From Felis catus (lineage: Eukaryota), in the NCBI RefSeq assembly GCF_018350175.1, contig NC_058373.1, forward strand, positions 117,492,001 through 117,556,000: a stretch of 64,000 bases of DNA, in the 5' to 3' direction. Shown here piece by piece: positions 12,500 through 25,860 of the stretch. Under the pieces are notes generated by a model. The model saw only the letters and a program-made list of their open reading frames with translations, searched no databases and had not been told where the DNA came from. Position numbers and translations under genes: made by a program. Numbering within the stretch: position 1 is the stretch's first letter; each line of letters opens with the position of its first letter.

Positions 12500-14278
12500 T
12501 TGTATGTTCTAATAGTAAGTCCCAAGGTCCTTCTCTCTTAAAAACTGGTGACCATCTTTAACCCTTGTGGCAGAGCACAGATAGTTCGGGAGTAATCTGA
12601 GTTCCCCCCTACGTATCCCATGCAGCATCACTTCAAGCTGCCTGTGTGTTAGGCTGCTTACTTTGTTTTCTCCAAAACCCTCTTTAGGTTTTGATCGTGT
12701 GCTTGTTCAAAGAACCATCTTGCAGTAATGAGTCTGTATTGGCTGATGTCTGTAGAAAGCTTTGTTTCCCTCTAGGACTCGGGATCTGCTATTCCCCATC
12801 CCTCAAATGAGCGCCGTATTCCTTCACTGACACTCTCACCCCAACGGGGTCAGTGTTATTCCGGGCACTGAGCTGGAATAGCCCTCTGTTAAAGCCCCCT
12901 CGGTCAGGAAACATTCCCTCCTTCTAGAATCTGACCTAGTGTGAAACACAGACGCTATGACCTTTCCGACGCGGAGGCATGAAAACCCCTCCGCACAAGG
13001 CTGCCACCCTTGTGGTGGGGTGGAAGCTCTGGGGAAATGGCTCATTGCTGTGATGGCAGGACCGCCCCATGGCCTCCCAACAGATCAAGAGCACCATCAC
13101 CATCTTGTTTTCTTAACTCGTGCTTTCTTACTGCATTTGTTGGGATCTGCGTAAAACGGGGAAGGTGAGCAGCGTAGGAAAGGGCCCCAACATGAGAAAG
13201 AGAACAGCCAACGATGAAACCTCAGGGTTTGCTTTGCTTTCTGCTCTCAGGCAGCCTTCCTCTCTACTCGATGGCGTGGAGTCATTGGGGTAATTGGCTC
13301 CTGCTTTCTGCAAAAGGCATGCTCCCAAACAGCTGCGTTTTGATCAAGTTTTAATAAGCTGACTCGTGCTCATTAATGCACAAATAACTCTTACTCTTTA
13401 AAGGAAAGGTTGAGGGTCCCTTCTGTTGTGACGGCACAAGACTGACTTGCACTAAGATCTAGAGATCCCTGTCGGTTCTCAGATGACTTGAGCACTTGGA
13501 AATTCAGCTCCTGTTCACAGGTTTGTCTTTTGATGTTTTAAATGTTTTCGATTTTGATGGTAATCTTTTCAATGCTTACGATATTACGTGTATATAGAAT
13601 GTACACGGCCGCCTTGTGACAAAGTACTGCCACGAGATTTCAGTGCGTGACCCAGACACTATAATAACATCATTTAACTTTAAATGTTTGCAAGCCATAG
13701 CTGCCTGTCATTTGGTTGACAGCATCGGTCTCGGACTCGTGTTGTACTTGGTTGGAATCTATCACCAGGTGCAAAAGCAAACCCTCTCTTTTGCCATGAG
13801 AGTCCGCACTGGAATGACATGTTTCTAGACCGAGAACTTAGACTCTTAGAGTAGTTAATAAATCGATTTGGCATCACAGAAAAGACATAGTACATCAGTC
13901 ACACACCACTTGGAAGTGTCACCGCCTAATGATAAAGGACAGAAGAGGGCATATTAGGTCACTGACACATTTCTGCTAAATGAAGCCGGGGCAGAATGTA
14001 CAAACAAGTTTTGTAGTAATTTGGAAAGATAAAAATGATGGGGGAACTGAGACATCACAGGGTGCCTGCCCTGTGGCATTGTACCTGGCTTACCATGCTA
14101 GCAGATGTCTTCCTTGGGTTCCATCTTGGAACATAACAACTCAGCAGAAAATACAAAATGGCTCTTATTTTGAGGAAACTAACTGCTATTTTTTGTTTAA
14201 GTTTTTAAGCCATGTATCGCAGGGTACACTTGGAGTGATTCTGTAAGAGCTAGTACATTGTTTTAAAAGTAGTAATGA

Positions 14279-14500
14279 GGGGCGCCTGGGTGGCGCAGTC
14301 GGTTAAGCGTCCGACTTCAGCCAGGTCACGTTCTCGCGGTCCGTGAGTTCGAGCCCCGCGTCAGGCTCTGGGCTGATGGCTCAGAGCCTGGAGCCTGTTT
14401 CCAATTCTGTGTCTCCCTCTCTCTCTGCCCCTCCCCCGTTCATGCTCTGTCTCTCTCTGTCCCAAAAATAAAAATTAAAAAAAAGAAAATAAAAAAAAAA
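14279..14500 (+). mobile_element. Can-SINE (SINEC_Fc), young full-length copy
   Basis: 15-bp TSD taaaagtagtaatga (14264-14278 / 14501-14515). Confidence 0.97.
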
Positions 14501-14720
14501 TAAAAGTAGTAATGATAACGAGAATAATAATAGAGACTCCAGTGAGGGGTCCACCTTGTTCATAGTCAGAAGACTGAAGTTAACAAAAATGTACCACGTA
14601 AATTATTCTTTCTGCCACTGTCATTCATGACCTACGAAAACAGCAACTGCGTATGGTTTAACCTAAGAAGCACAAAAGTGACAATTTAGTGTCAGCAAGG
14701 TGACATCCATCACAAGGATG

Positions 14721-14906
14721 TTTCTTTTTTTTTTTGAGAGAGAGAGAGAGAGATCGCACGTGAGCACGAGTGGGGGAGGGGCAGAGGGAGAGAGAATCTC
14801 AAGCAGGCTCCATGCTCAGCGTAGAGCCCAATACGGAGCTTGATCTCGTGACGGCAAGATCGTGACCCGAACTGAAATCAAGAGTCAGGCACTTAACCCA
14901 CCGAGC
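14721..14906 (-). mobile_element. Can-SINE
   Basis: Poly-T, (GA)n, aagcaggctcc...tgaaatcaagagtc; extreme 5' end degenerate. Confidence 0.88.
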
Positions 14907-15659
14907 TTCTCCAATTAATGCTTCGTAATTTGAATTTTACTCTTCGGTGTCTCTGTTTTTATTTGTGCATTCGTTGGCCGTATGGCTTATGTAAGAATTA
15001 AAAGCATAAAAAGTTGATTCCTAGTTTAATGTTTATAACATTGAAGTAAAAATAACATAAATACCGGAACACCACAAGAACATGTTCTTTAACAGAGCTC
15101 TGTATCATTGCTCACTTTTGGTAAACATTGATCTGAATATTCCTACCACAAACGTTCAGGCTGGGTTTCTTTTCTTGTTATCACCTGCTCTCAGCCCTGA
15201 ATGCGAGAAGTTTCACAAATATTCCAGAACTGCATTTTAAGCCTCAAACTCATGAAGTATCAGATTTGTAACTGAAGGTGATGGTCTTTAATTCCTCAGT
15301 GTGTTTCCAGTTCAAGTGAACCCCAAAGTAGAAGGGGATCCCCCACAAAAAAAAAAAGTCAAGCAGAGTCATTCCGTGTAGGCCTCTGGCAGAACTCCAC
15401 GGGTCAGCTGTAAGGAAGCGGCACCCGAACCTGACCTTGGGCGCTAGCGCCCACGTAACCGAATCGGTAGCTGCCCGCCGCTAACAGGAAGCTGGTCGTC
15501 CACACTCCGGCTCAGGACGAAGCAAGCATTTCTTTCTTTGAGCTTTCGGGGCCAGTTAGGATGCTTACAACCAGGGGCCAATCCTGCCGCGGGCATCAGC
15601 TGCGCAGATGTTTACTTTCTCCTGGCTCCCACCGCAAAATGGGTCTGATGATAGAGGGC

Positions 15660-15673
15660 GCGCCCCCTAGCGT
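15660..15673 (-). promoter_or_regulatory. candidate CTCF motif
   Basis: Minus strand acgctagggggcgc, close to the CTCF core CCNCTAGGGGGCGC, in a locally CpG-rich patch. Confidence 0.35.
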
Positions 15674-15983
15674 GAGGGCTGGGTAGCTTCAAGGGGACAC
15701 AGAAGGTGCTGGCACGCGGTAAACATTCAGTGACCGTTGGCTGCCAGCGTCATGACTTCTTCTACAATTACTGTCATTGCTACTGCTGCCGCAGGGGAGG
15801 GCCAAGGGACCTACGCCTTCCGGTATGATGCTATGGCACCTGATTGTGACCCCTGCATAAAGGGAAGAAATGGACTGCGGGAAGCCAGCTTCCTGCTTCC
15901 AGGAATGCGCCCTGGAATGCGCCCAGTCCCAGCTGAACTGCGCCTGGTGATAAGCACCAGGCTCAGAAAGAACAGGAAAGATT

Positions 15984-16066
15984 GGGACACCTGGGTGGCT
16001 CGGTTAAGCGGCCAACTTCAGCTCAGGTCATGATCTCACAGTTGGCGAGTTCAAGCCCCACATCAG
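15984..16066 (+). mobile_element. Can-SINE 5' head only (3' half absent)
   Basis: gggacacctgggtggctcggttaagc...tcatgatctc...gagttcaagccccacatcag, followed by unrelated sequence. Confidence 0.85.
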
Positions 16067-16830
16067 CTGGTCAGACTGGGGGGGGGGGCGGTGTTGGTGC
16101 TTCATTTATTCTCTCTCACCCTTTCTGCCAACAGCTGACAGGGGCCAGTGCATTGGGGAGTGTCTAAATTCAAAATAATCTTCTTTGTCAGGAAATGGAA
16201 TTGGAAGTAGGTAAAAAAAAAAAAAAAAAGGTTAGAATAGGATCATGAAGATAGGAAAAGGTGGCTTGGGGGCTTTTTTTGGTTTTTGCTTTGTCTTTTT
16301 CTGAAATCGTGGTGCAGCTAGGATACAGACGGGGCCCAAGGATAGGGAGGCACACACGTGGCTGAGCTCTGAGCCCGAGAGAACGTTCCAGACCTCCCCT
16401 CATGGAAGGTGACTCGAAGCACACTTGCTCTGTCACGTTGTCCTTTCTCGCCTCTCTTCATGCCCTTTCCTGTCTTCCTCTATCCTTGAATCCTAGCAGA
16501 TAAAAGCACAGATCTGCTGGGAGGACGCACGTCACAGTGGGTCAGGTGAATTACAGCCATAACACCACAGAGATAAGAAGAAAGGCTGGCGCCTGGGTGG
16601 ATGTGGGAGGGGGGTGCGGGACACTTGCCGTTATCAAGTTGTGCAGTTTAGCAAATGGCTGGTGGCAGGCTGGAATGATAGCCGGTTAATCTGTTTTGCA
16701 TGCACTCCGAGGATGCTGGAGCCCACCCAGGGTGCAGGCTGTCTTAGATGGCGTTTACCAGCTCGTTGCGGAGGATGCTGGTAAAACTAGCCAGAGACGT
16801 GAACAGGCATAGGGGCAAATGCAAGGCGTT

Positions 16831-16861
<31 letters not shown>

Positions 16862-17289
16862 TAACCGTGAAAGAAAGATACTGCTAACTGGCAAGAGGTC
16901 CTGAGGTGCTAGCGTTGTAATTAGTAAGGATAAAAATACTAGTCAAAGCCAGCATTATGGAAAGCTTGCTTTGATTGGGTACTTTTTCAAATGCGTGACT
17001 TTTTTTTTTTTTCCTGGATACCTGGGCAGGTGAGCCAGGTGGGGGCAAGGGAATCGGCCAGTCTGGGGTTTCTGGATGAGGGATGGGGCAGGAGGCCAGG
17101 GCTGAGGATCACTAAGGTGTTATCTTACAAAGGGCAGCCCATGAGGGGTTTCTAGGGGCTCCATTATCTGGTGGGTTTAGGAAGCTGGAAATGAGGCTCC
17201 GGCAGGTACATACCTTCTCACCTTAGAACAAAGAAGTGATGCCACGGATGTTCCCGGACCTGAGTTCAAGTCACTCTGACAAGGCATTT

Positions 17290-17460
17290 TATCCTCCCAG
17301 CTCCCCTGAGAAGTGGCTGCTGTCATTACCTTCACCCTATGGGTGAGGCAGCAGACCCACAGAGAAAGCTCATGGCTTCCCCAAGTTCAGGCAGCTTGCA
17401 AGTGGCAGAGCCAGGCTATGAACTTGGGCAGTCTGGCTCCAAGTCCCTGCACTGACCATC
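17290..17460. mobile_element. MIR relic
   Basis: ccctgagaagt..tcattacc..gaggca..gcttccccaagttc..aagtggcagagccagg..gaac..ggcagtctggctcc. Confidence 0.6.
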
Positions 17461-20400
17461 TACAAGCTGGCCTATGTGCAGGAGACAGACAGCGTGAGGG
17501 CACCAGGGACCAAGTCCCGTCAGCCGAACATCAGAGTGTTTAAGTCGAACTCAAATCCGTTACACAAAATACGATGTGTGTGTGCACGTGATTGTTGATG
17601 ACATCAGCCACCTCCTTGGTCCCTGCGTGTGCTGGCCCCAGGACTGGATCCTCTGGGATGGGCAGGTCAGATGGAAACCATGGCCCTGCAGACCCAGTGG
17701 GCACGAAAAGGTTCCTGATAGTCATTATAACACAAGAGAGAAAACGGTAGCTGCTAAAAGGGAAGTATGGATTAAGTGCGGCAAATTCACGAAGGATAGG
17801 GATACTCTTTGCACCTGTGGAGTCAGGGAAGGCTTCCCAGAGGAAGTAGTCTTTGGTTCAGGGTGCGGCAAATGGTCCAATCTGGCCACCTGAGGGTACA
17901 AGACGGAGACATGGCCTGAAAGACCAGGAAGGCTGTCCCCGGTGGGCAGGGTGGGGGGAGGAGAGATGTGCGTCCCAATCAGAACAGACTCAGCAGGCAG
18001 CTTACCCAAGCCCCTCCGTTTACAGATGACAGACCCAAGACTTAGCGTAAGCGGCTTGTACAACGCATTCATTAGTTTGTGGCAGAACCAAATCTCACAC
18101 CGATCGGCTTGCCCCGATTTTCTTTGTACTCCTCCCCAGGTGCAAAGGGGTGAGTGTCAGGGATCTCGCATTGCCAGGAAAGCTCAACTTTTTGCAACCT
18201 GCTCTCTGTGAGGTTCTCCAAATACACAGCCCGCCTCTGGAGTTAGTATTAGCTAAGGACCGTCCCTGCCTGCAGGCAAGGCTAAGCACCCACTATATGC
18301 TTGGAGAAGCCGAGGATCTGGGGGATCGAGGTGGCTGCAGGTACTTTGGAGAAGCGCAGCCTCCAGTCTGCAGTCCCCTAAGTTCTGGGACCGCTGGCTG
18401 AGGTGCACTCCTGTGATAAGCTGCCACCACTGCTCCGTAGTGGCCGAGGCTTGCTCCGGCTACCTCTGCTTCCCCTTTACTGTCCTTTGATGAATCTAAA
18501 ACTCTTCTATCCTGCCTACTCGTTTTTTCCCCCCTCTTCTCTCTTGGATGGCAGCATTTCACAGCTTCGTTTAATCCGTATAGCCTGAAAGTCCGGGACA
18601 CCTTTAAACTCCTGAAGAACCTTCGCACGTGACTTCGGCTGCAAGCAGGTTTCCCTTGGCCTTCATTATTTGCCACTGGAAAATGCTGTAAATGACATCA
18701 GACAGACTTCAGACGCCACCTCTGGAACTAAGAAACGAAGCAGTTATTCAGAGCACCGGTGATTGTCATTTTAGAAGAAATAAGAAATCAGTATCGCAGT
18801 ATTGGATCCTGGCAGTTTTTTCCTACCTAGGGCTGCTCTCGGTGGAAGCGTTGTGGCTTTCAAGGGCAACAGCGCTCCCGTGTGGTGATACTGTTTATTG
18901 CACCCCAGGAGAGCTTGCAAACTCCAGGCTGGAAAGGAAATGCCGGGTGGCCTCAGGCAAGGACATCCATTCACCCCAAAATAATTTCTGCATTAAGCCG
19001 ACAGGCTGGTTTCTGCCAAAAAGATGAGCGCAGTTAAGTTTTACTGTACTGATATTGTGTCTTAAAACTTAGCATCTCTTCTTGCCTGTGAAAGCAGGAA
19101 AAGGGCGGCCAGCGGCATGGGTTGCTTGCAATCATTTCCAGGGTTGGAAAGTGTGGGGTGAGTGGAAGGCGTGGGATTGCAGGGACGGAGTGAAGATCGG
19201 GAGGGAGGAGGAGTGGCCCGGCAGGGCTGCGAGCCAGGGAGTAGACGGGGTAGGGTAACATTTGGTAATAAAAATGATGGGAAGTAGAATAGCTTGTATT
19301 CTAAACTAAAATCGATGGCTGCATAGCAACAGAGAAGTAAATTGGTGTCACCAAAATTCAGAATTCCTAGCTCTAACGGGATGCTTTCCATGGCTGCCTC
19401 CCTACCTCACGCGGACCCTCCATGCTCTCTTGAGAAAGAAGGATCTAGTTTCTCCTAACTGTGAGTGTCTGGGATGCCCCTCCAGAAGCTCCCAAAACCA
19501 CTGCGCCCTGACCTCTGAGGAGCTGAGGTAGAGAAGGACAAGCCCAGGACTCGAAACCCCAAGACTGGATTCCGTTCCCAGCATCGTTGGGGTGCTAAGC
19601 GGGAAGGCATTCATCACCCACCTCTCTTGTTCTTAAGTTCTCTGCGGACAGCACACCCCTGACACCGGCACCCTGCCTACAGCTCCCCCCTTCTCCTCTC
19701 TTGGAGGCCACTGCACCTTGACTTGTGGGCTGCCACAGGGCACATGGGGCGCCAGGGTCCCCACCGGAAAAGCGGAAAGAGTGCCCCCTGCTGACCCCAC
19801 AGAGTTATCTCAAGGGTTAAACTGGACCTGAGGATGAATTCCTGAATCGTCGGGCCTACGATGCGCACCTTTAGATCTACGATAGAAATAAATAAATAAA
19901 TAATAACCTAAATGGACGCAGTGTCTTTATTACTTCTTATAACAAAGGGGCGAGGCAGCCTAGTTCATTCTTGTGGGTGTCTTCATCCTTGGGGAAACCA
20001 AATCTAGAGAAATGAGATGGGGACGTGGCCCCGGCTGGAGAGGAGCGGGAGAAATAAAGGAGTCTCTCTTTTTCCGGGGGATCTCAGGCCCAGTGTCAAT
20101 GAGCCAGCCCAAGAGACAGGAAGTGGGTGCCCATAGAGGGTGGGGTGAGGGGTATCAAAGGGACAAGGAAACGGGTGTCCCCACGGAGGGGTTTGCCATC
20201 CAAACAGGCACGGATTGCAATGAAGCGCCTACCGGCCGAGAAACGACAAGGATTGCCAGGACCCACTAGGGGCCAGGAGAGAAGTACCAAACAGTTTCCC
20301 CTTCACAGCCTCCAGGAAGAACCTGTTCTGCTGGCACTTGGTGAACTTCTGGCCTTCAGAAGACGGTCCTTCGGCCGTGTTGGAATGAGGATCACAACTT

Positions 20401-21529
20401 TGGATAGATTCTTTTACGAACCCCCAGTGTCAGAGCCGGCTATAGACAAGATCATGAGATAGCCAGAAACGGGTCCTCTTTAAAGGGCCTTTCCTTTGCC
20501 ACCTGTATCTCCCCCGGGGAATATTTATCCGTCCCTCCTGCACATGCCGGAGAGCCGCAGGCTGGCTTTCTCCTCTGAAAACCAAGTGCCTGGCGCCTAA
20601 TCCTAAGACATGAGGTGAGTTAGAAATAACGATCAGCAATGTATTCATTACACAGTCGTTGATCACATGGAGGTCATGAGTCAGGGTGGCTGCCCACTCT
20701 CCCATTCATTCTTTCGGGGCTAGGCTAGGGTCATGAGGGGCAAAAAATGTCCCCTCCTCACGTGGGGACATTTACTCAGGCAGCGAAGCCATACAGGTAG
20801 CATTTCAGGCATGAGTTGGTGACAGTGAATGGAGGTGGGAGGGTCCCCTTGGGCGGCCACCTGCTTGGGGGTTTTCCTGGTGAGGCCTGGTGCTCTACCT
20901 GGACCTCGACAAGCCCACGTCTCCTCTCCCAGGGTAATGAGAGAAGGCCAAGCATCGTGTCCTCTTCCAGCCTTTGCTGGAATGTCCCACGTGTTATGGG
21001 CTGAGCCTTTTCATCTCTTGCAGAACACCTAATTTGGGGGGGGGGTTTCTAGGGATTTAGTGTTTCACTTCAAAAGAAACATGTGGGATAAAAAGAAGCA
21101 AAATATAACGAATAAATAGGCAGAGGTTTGTTCAGGTTGCGATTGGATACCAAGAATGTTATAACTTTCCTTGAATTGATGAGGTCCGGCTAAGGGACAG
21201 TGACCCCAAGATAGTATTTCCTTGCTTATGGGCCCCACTCAGTGAAAACCCTCAAACGAAGGGCATTTCTTCCCTTGCTTATGATTATTGTGATTCAGAA
21301 AGATTCTGAAAGGAGTCTTAGGGGGATAGACAATATCTGCATTTAACTGACTAATGAAATGGAACATTATGTCATTGACGATGATTCCTTTTGGGCTGAT
21401 GTAGAACAAACTTCCTTAGATACTTTTCCCTAGATTCATTTCAACCCTTCCCATCCATGGCTGTTAATGTTGCCATTTCCTTAGCATCGTCATGCCCATA
21501 TCAATTTTAGTCATTGGAAAATACCCTGA

Positions 21530-21810
21530 GGGGCCCCTGAGTGGCTCAGTCGGGTAAGTGTCCATCTTCGGCTCAGGTCATGATCTCGTGGTTCCTGAGT
21601 TCGAGCCCCGCATCAGGCTCTGTGCTGACAGCTCAGAGCCTGGAGCCTGCTTCAGATTCTGTGTCTCCCTCTCTCTCTGCCCCTCCCCTGTTCACACTCT
21701 GTCTCTCTCTCTCAAAAATAAATAGAACATGAAAAAAATAAATAAAACCAAGAGTGAAAAAATGATGCTATTGGGGAGGAAAGTTTTTTAAAAAAATAAT
21801 AAAATAAAAG
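21530..21810 (+). mobile_element. Can-SINE
   Basis: Head, gctgacagctcagagcctggagcctg core, CT tract, extended A-rich tail. Confidence 0.93.
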
Positions 21811-22084
21811 GCCCGAGACCCCAGAATTTGAGTTCTGGGTGGCATCACCAAACCCCCTGGGCCGAAGCCTTCTGTGCAGCTGGTCTTTCAATAGAGTAGA
21901 ATGTGTTTTGGGTTTGTGTTCATTTCAATTTCTAAACCCTTCAGGGATCAATGTTCTCATCCTGAGCTCAGTTCTATGCCTTAGATAATACTCCATCCAG
22001 TGCCTGGCACGTCAATAAGTATTTGTTGAATGAATGAATAAATTAATTCAACAACCAAAGCTCATAAAAGCCCATCCCCTAAAA

Positions 22085-22860
22085 AGCCTTCACAATACTG
22101 TAGGCAGAGCCACAGAGGTGCAAACCATAGAAGAAAGAGTTGATGGATTTGAACATAGAATAGTTAAAAACTCTGCCTCTAAAGGCATCTTAAGTGTAAG
22201 TAACAAATAGAAGGGGGGACATCATACAGCACAAATTTCAGATCAACTGTTATATCCTTAATACTTAATGAGTTCCTATTAATCGATATAAAAAGAGGGG
22301 TACCCCAGTAGAAGAAATGCAAATGGTCAATAAATGTAGTAGAAACATTTGCATCTCACCTCTAAGAACAGAGTTCTTTCCTTTTTTTTTTTTAAATTTT
22401 CATTTATTTTCACGAGAGAGACAGAGCGTGAGCAGGGGAGGGGCAGAGAGAGAGGGAGGCACAGAATCCAAAGCAGGCTCCAGGGTCTGAGCTGTCATCA
22501 CAGAGCCCGACGTGGGGCTCGAACCCACGAACCGTGAGATCTTGACCTGAGCTGAGATCAAGAGTCGGATGCTTAACTGCCTGAGCCACCCAGGTGCCCC
22601 TAGAGTTCTTTTCTTAAATGAGCTGCCATTGCCTCCCAGTCGGACTAGCAATGATAGACAAGAATGCAAATTTCAGTGCTGTGTAGGGTCCAGGGAGGAA
22701 GCATGAGTGTGCCCTTCCAGACAAAGGGGGATTCGGTGCAGCAGGTTCTAAAGCCTTGAAAATAACCCAGAAGTTTCACTTCCAGAGATTCATCTGAAGG
22801 AAATCATAGGAGATACAACAACTTACAACTGTTGATTGTTGTAGTATCTTTGCAAACAAA
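22085..22860 (+). mobile_element. old L1M ORF2 relic interrupted by a SINE
   Basis: caaaccatagaagaaagagttgatggatttga..atag..aaaact; aaatggtcaataaa; tttcacttccagagattcatctgaaggaaatcat. Confidence 0.55.
22382..22600 (-). mobile_element. Can-SINE
   Basis: Reverse-complement SINE with TSD agagttcttt. Confidence 0.94.
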
Positions 22861-22972
22861 GTGGAAAACTACTTCTTTAACTATAGGAGCTACATTTAAA
22901 AAAAAAAAAAAAGGTTTATTTTTTTAAAAGAAGAGGAAGTGAGAGAGAAAATCTGAGGGGGAAATGATGTGA

Positions 22973-23196
22973 TTTTTTTAATGTTTATTTATTTATTTTG
23001 AGAGAGAGAGAGAGAGAGAGAGAAAGCATGAGTGGGGGAGGGATAGAGAGAGGGGAAGGGAGAGAGAGAATCACAAGCCGGTTCCAAACTGTCAGCACAG
23101 AGCCCGACTTGGGGCTCGATCTCATGAATTGTGAGATCATGACCTGAGCTGAAATCAAGAGTTGGATGCTTAACTGACTGAGCCACCCAGCGCCCC
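22973..23196 (-). mobile_element. Can-SINE
   Basis: Reverse-complement SINE with TSD atgtgatt. Confidence 0.93.
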
Positions 23197-23273
23197 AGAA
23201 GTTATGTGATTGTTAGTGTCTTCTTTTTGCTTAGCTGTATTTTCTAAAGTTTTTATTAAAATAAAATCTTTTA

Positions 23274-23452
23274 GGGACACTTGGGTGGCTCAGTCTGTTA
23301 AGCAGCCACCTCTTAATATCAGCTCAGACCATGATCCCCAACCTCTGCGCTGACAGCATGGAGCCTGCTTGAGGTTCTCTCTTCCTCTCTGTCCCTGCCC
23401 CCTCCCCCTCTCACTCATGCACACTTCCTGAATAAATAAACATTTTTAAAAC
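23274..23452 (+). mobile_element. Can-SINE (internally deleted)
   Basis: Head, gctgacagcatggagcctg core, tail, TSD ataaaatct. Confidence 0.88.
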
Positions 23453-23869
23453 ATAAAATCTGTTACTCAGGTATTGACAAAAAATTAATTCTTCTAAAAT
23501 AGAAAATAATGCATGCTCAGGTGACAATATAATTACTGCCAAGTGACCTAACCCATATTATTAAGTCTTCACCCTATGCCTCAGAGTTCACCTATATCAA
23601 GTCCTTACCATAATTCTCAGAGTTAAGCAGGGCGGTGGCATTATTCCTCTGTGTCGTGATAAACCTGAGGCTCAGAAAAGTTAATGACTTGTGCAGTATC
23701 TCACAGTGAATCGATAGCAGGCCTGGCCATAAGGTCAGGGGCATCACATCCACAGCTCAGCCGATGAGCCTTCTCCTGCGGTATGTCGCTTCAGAATAAA
23801 AATCCAAATGACCGTTAGACCGTTGTCGCAAAAGCGCAGAGCAAACTGTTTTGTGGTCTGGGAACACTT

Positions 23870-24050
23870 ACCCGGGCATTATCCTAGGTTAATAGTGCCA
23901 AGCAAACTGGGTAGGTTTATTATTCCCACTTTACAGATGGGGAAGCTGAGGTTCAGAGACATTAAGTGACTTTTTCAGGGTTATACACAGCAAGCAAATT
24001 TGGGATTCAAGCACCCTTTTAGTCCAAACCCTCTGCTTCGTCCACTTCAG
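23870..24050. mobile_element. MIR relic
   Basis: tattattcccactttacagatggggaagctgaggttcagagacattaagtgactt core. Confidence 0.75.
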
Positions 24051-24193
24051 TTTGGCATAATGAACTCTAACTTTATTAACATCCTCTCATGTGTCCTGTC
24101 ACATTCCCAGAGGTTTACAATTTGCCCCAGTCCTTCGTAAGTGCCCTTTCAACACGGTTGACACGGGGTAACGAGACTTTGGCGCCAGCCCCG

Positions 24194-24890
24194 TGTGGCA
24201 GGTTGTATTTCCAAAGCTGTGTGGAGTGCCATCTCCTGTCCCACATCCTCTTCTAGAACTTTGTCACTCTTCCATCCCCAAAGGTGGAGCCAACAGGGTC
24301 TAGCTGAAGTAATGCTTCATCGCATACGTTACTTCCTGCCAGCCAAGGCTGGGTCGTAAAAATGTCAGGTGCTCCTGCGATGCTCTCTTGGAATCCAGCC
24401 ACTGAGCAGTGATAAAGGCCAAGCAGCCCACAGAGAGGCCCACGTGGAAAGGAGGGGCCCCCGCTGACACCCCGGCCGAGCTCCCAGCCATCAGCAAGAG
24501 CTACCGTGCTGGCCGTGGGGCATCTGGAAAGTGGGTCCACCGGCCCCCAGCCAGCCCATCTCAGCTGATGCTGCACAGAGTGAGGTGAGGTGAGCCCATC
24601 AAGCTGCCCAGCTGGAAGATCCCTGAGCAAAGGAAGTGACGATGGGGGCACCCGGGTGGCTCGGTCGGTTAAGCATCCGACTCAGGTCAGGATCTCACGG
24701 TCCGTTAGTGTGAGCCCTGCGTCAGGCTCCATGCTGACCGTGTGGAGCCTCCTTGGAATCCTCTCTCTCCCTCCCTCTCTGCCCCTCCTCCCCCACTGAC
24801 TCTCTCTGTCTATCACGATCAATAAGTAAACTTAAAAAAAATAAGCGACGGTGTTTGGGGGAAGTTTTGTATAGCGGGCGCATCTGGGAA
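24194..24890 (+). mobile_element. MaLR solo LTR (MLT1H-like) interrupted by a SINE
   Basis: tgtggcaggttgtatttccaaag...cccacatcctcttctagaac...ggtggag start; gagaggcccacgtggaaagga body. Confidence 0.7.
24645..24842 (+). mobile_element. Can-SINE
   Basis: Head and tail; degenerate TSD aagtgacgatg / aagcgacggtg. Confidence 0.9.
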
Positions 24891-24923
24891 CTGCATTGGT
24901 CTTTCAAAAGTAATTCTGTATAT

Positions 24924-25148
24924 GGGGCGCCCGGGTGGCTCAGTCGGTTGGGCGTCCGACTTCGGCTCAGGTCGTGACCTCGTGATTTGTGAGTTCAAGC
25001 CCCGCGTCAGGCTCTGTGCTGACAGCTCAGAGCCTGGAGCCTGCCTCGGATTCTGTGTCTCCCCCTCTCTCTGCCCCTCCCATGCTCATGCTCTGTCTCT
25101 CTCTGTCTCTCAGTAATAAATAAGCGTTAATAAAAAACTTTTTTTAAG
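24924..25148 (+). mobile_element. Can-SINE
   Basis: Full head, core and tail; TSD aaaagtaattctgt. Confidence 0.95.
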
Positions 25149-25179
25149 AAAAAGTAATTCTGTGTAAAAAAAAAAAAAA

Positions 25180-25860
25180 GACTCATTTTATCAAGTACCC
25201 ACCATGTGCTGGACCTTTTCCCAGGGGCTTGGGATGCGTCTGTGACAAAATGGATAAAGGTCCTTGCCCCAGTGGAGCTTGTATTTCGGTGGGGAGTACA
25301 GACACTAGACAGTAAGAAACAGTGACTCGTATGTGAAAGGGAGTAAGTGCTTTTGAAACTCTAAGAAGTAGGACAGGGAAAGGGGGTCAGGAGAGCAGAG
25401 TGGAGGCAGTTTGCTGTGTTACTAGTGTGGTCAGAGAAGCCTCGGTGAGGTGACTGAGAATTGGCCCTGTGGCTTCTGGGGGAAAAAGCTGAGTGGGGAG
25501 CGTGGTCAGATGGTGGAGAGCCTTGCGGGGACTTGTAAGGACTTCGGCCATTTCACGGTTTCGAGGGGCTCTGACCTGATTGGCATCTTTGGCGGCTCTT
25601 TCTGCTATGTGGGGAAGCAGCCACAGGAAGGCAAGTGTGGCAGCTGGCTTACACGTAAGGAACCGATCCCTGGGCAGGCAACCGCAATGCAGTGTGACGG
25701 GCAGTTTGATGGGGCTGTGGGACCACACGGAGTGCGGAGAGGGGGAGGCGGTAACATCTGAGCAGGGCCTTGAAGGAGGGGTTGGTGATAGGCCAGGAGC
25801 GGTGAGCAAAGGACCAGCATGTGCAAAGGCCCAGGGAGTGGGCAGGGAGAGGCTGCGGGA
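25180..25860. mobile_element. L2 LINE relic(s)
   Basis: catttatcaagtacccaccatgtgctgg..ccttgccccagtggagctt..gtggtcagagaagcctc..atgtgcaaaggcccagg. Confidence 0.6.

Noticed and set aside
14279..14360. tRNA-like sequences with A and B boxes
   Set aside because: They are SINE heads followed by a CT tract, A tail and TSDs, not tRNA genes.
15438..15453. Perfect 16-bp palindrome tgggcgctagcgccca
   Set aside because: About one such palindrome is expected by chance in 64 kb (64000/4^8), so it is not significant alone.
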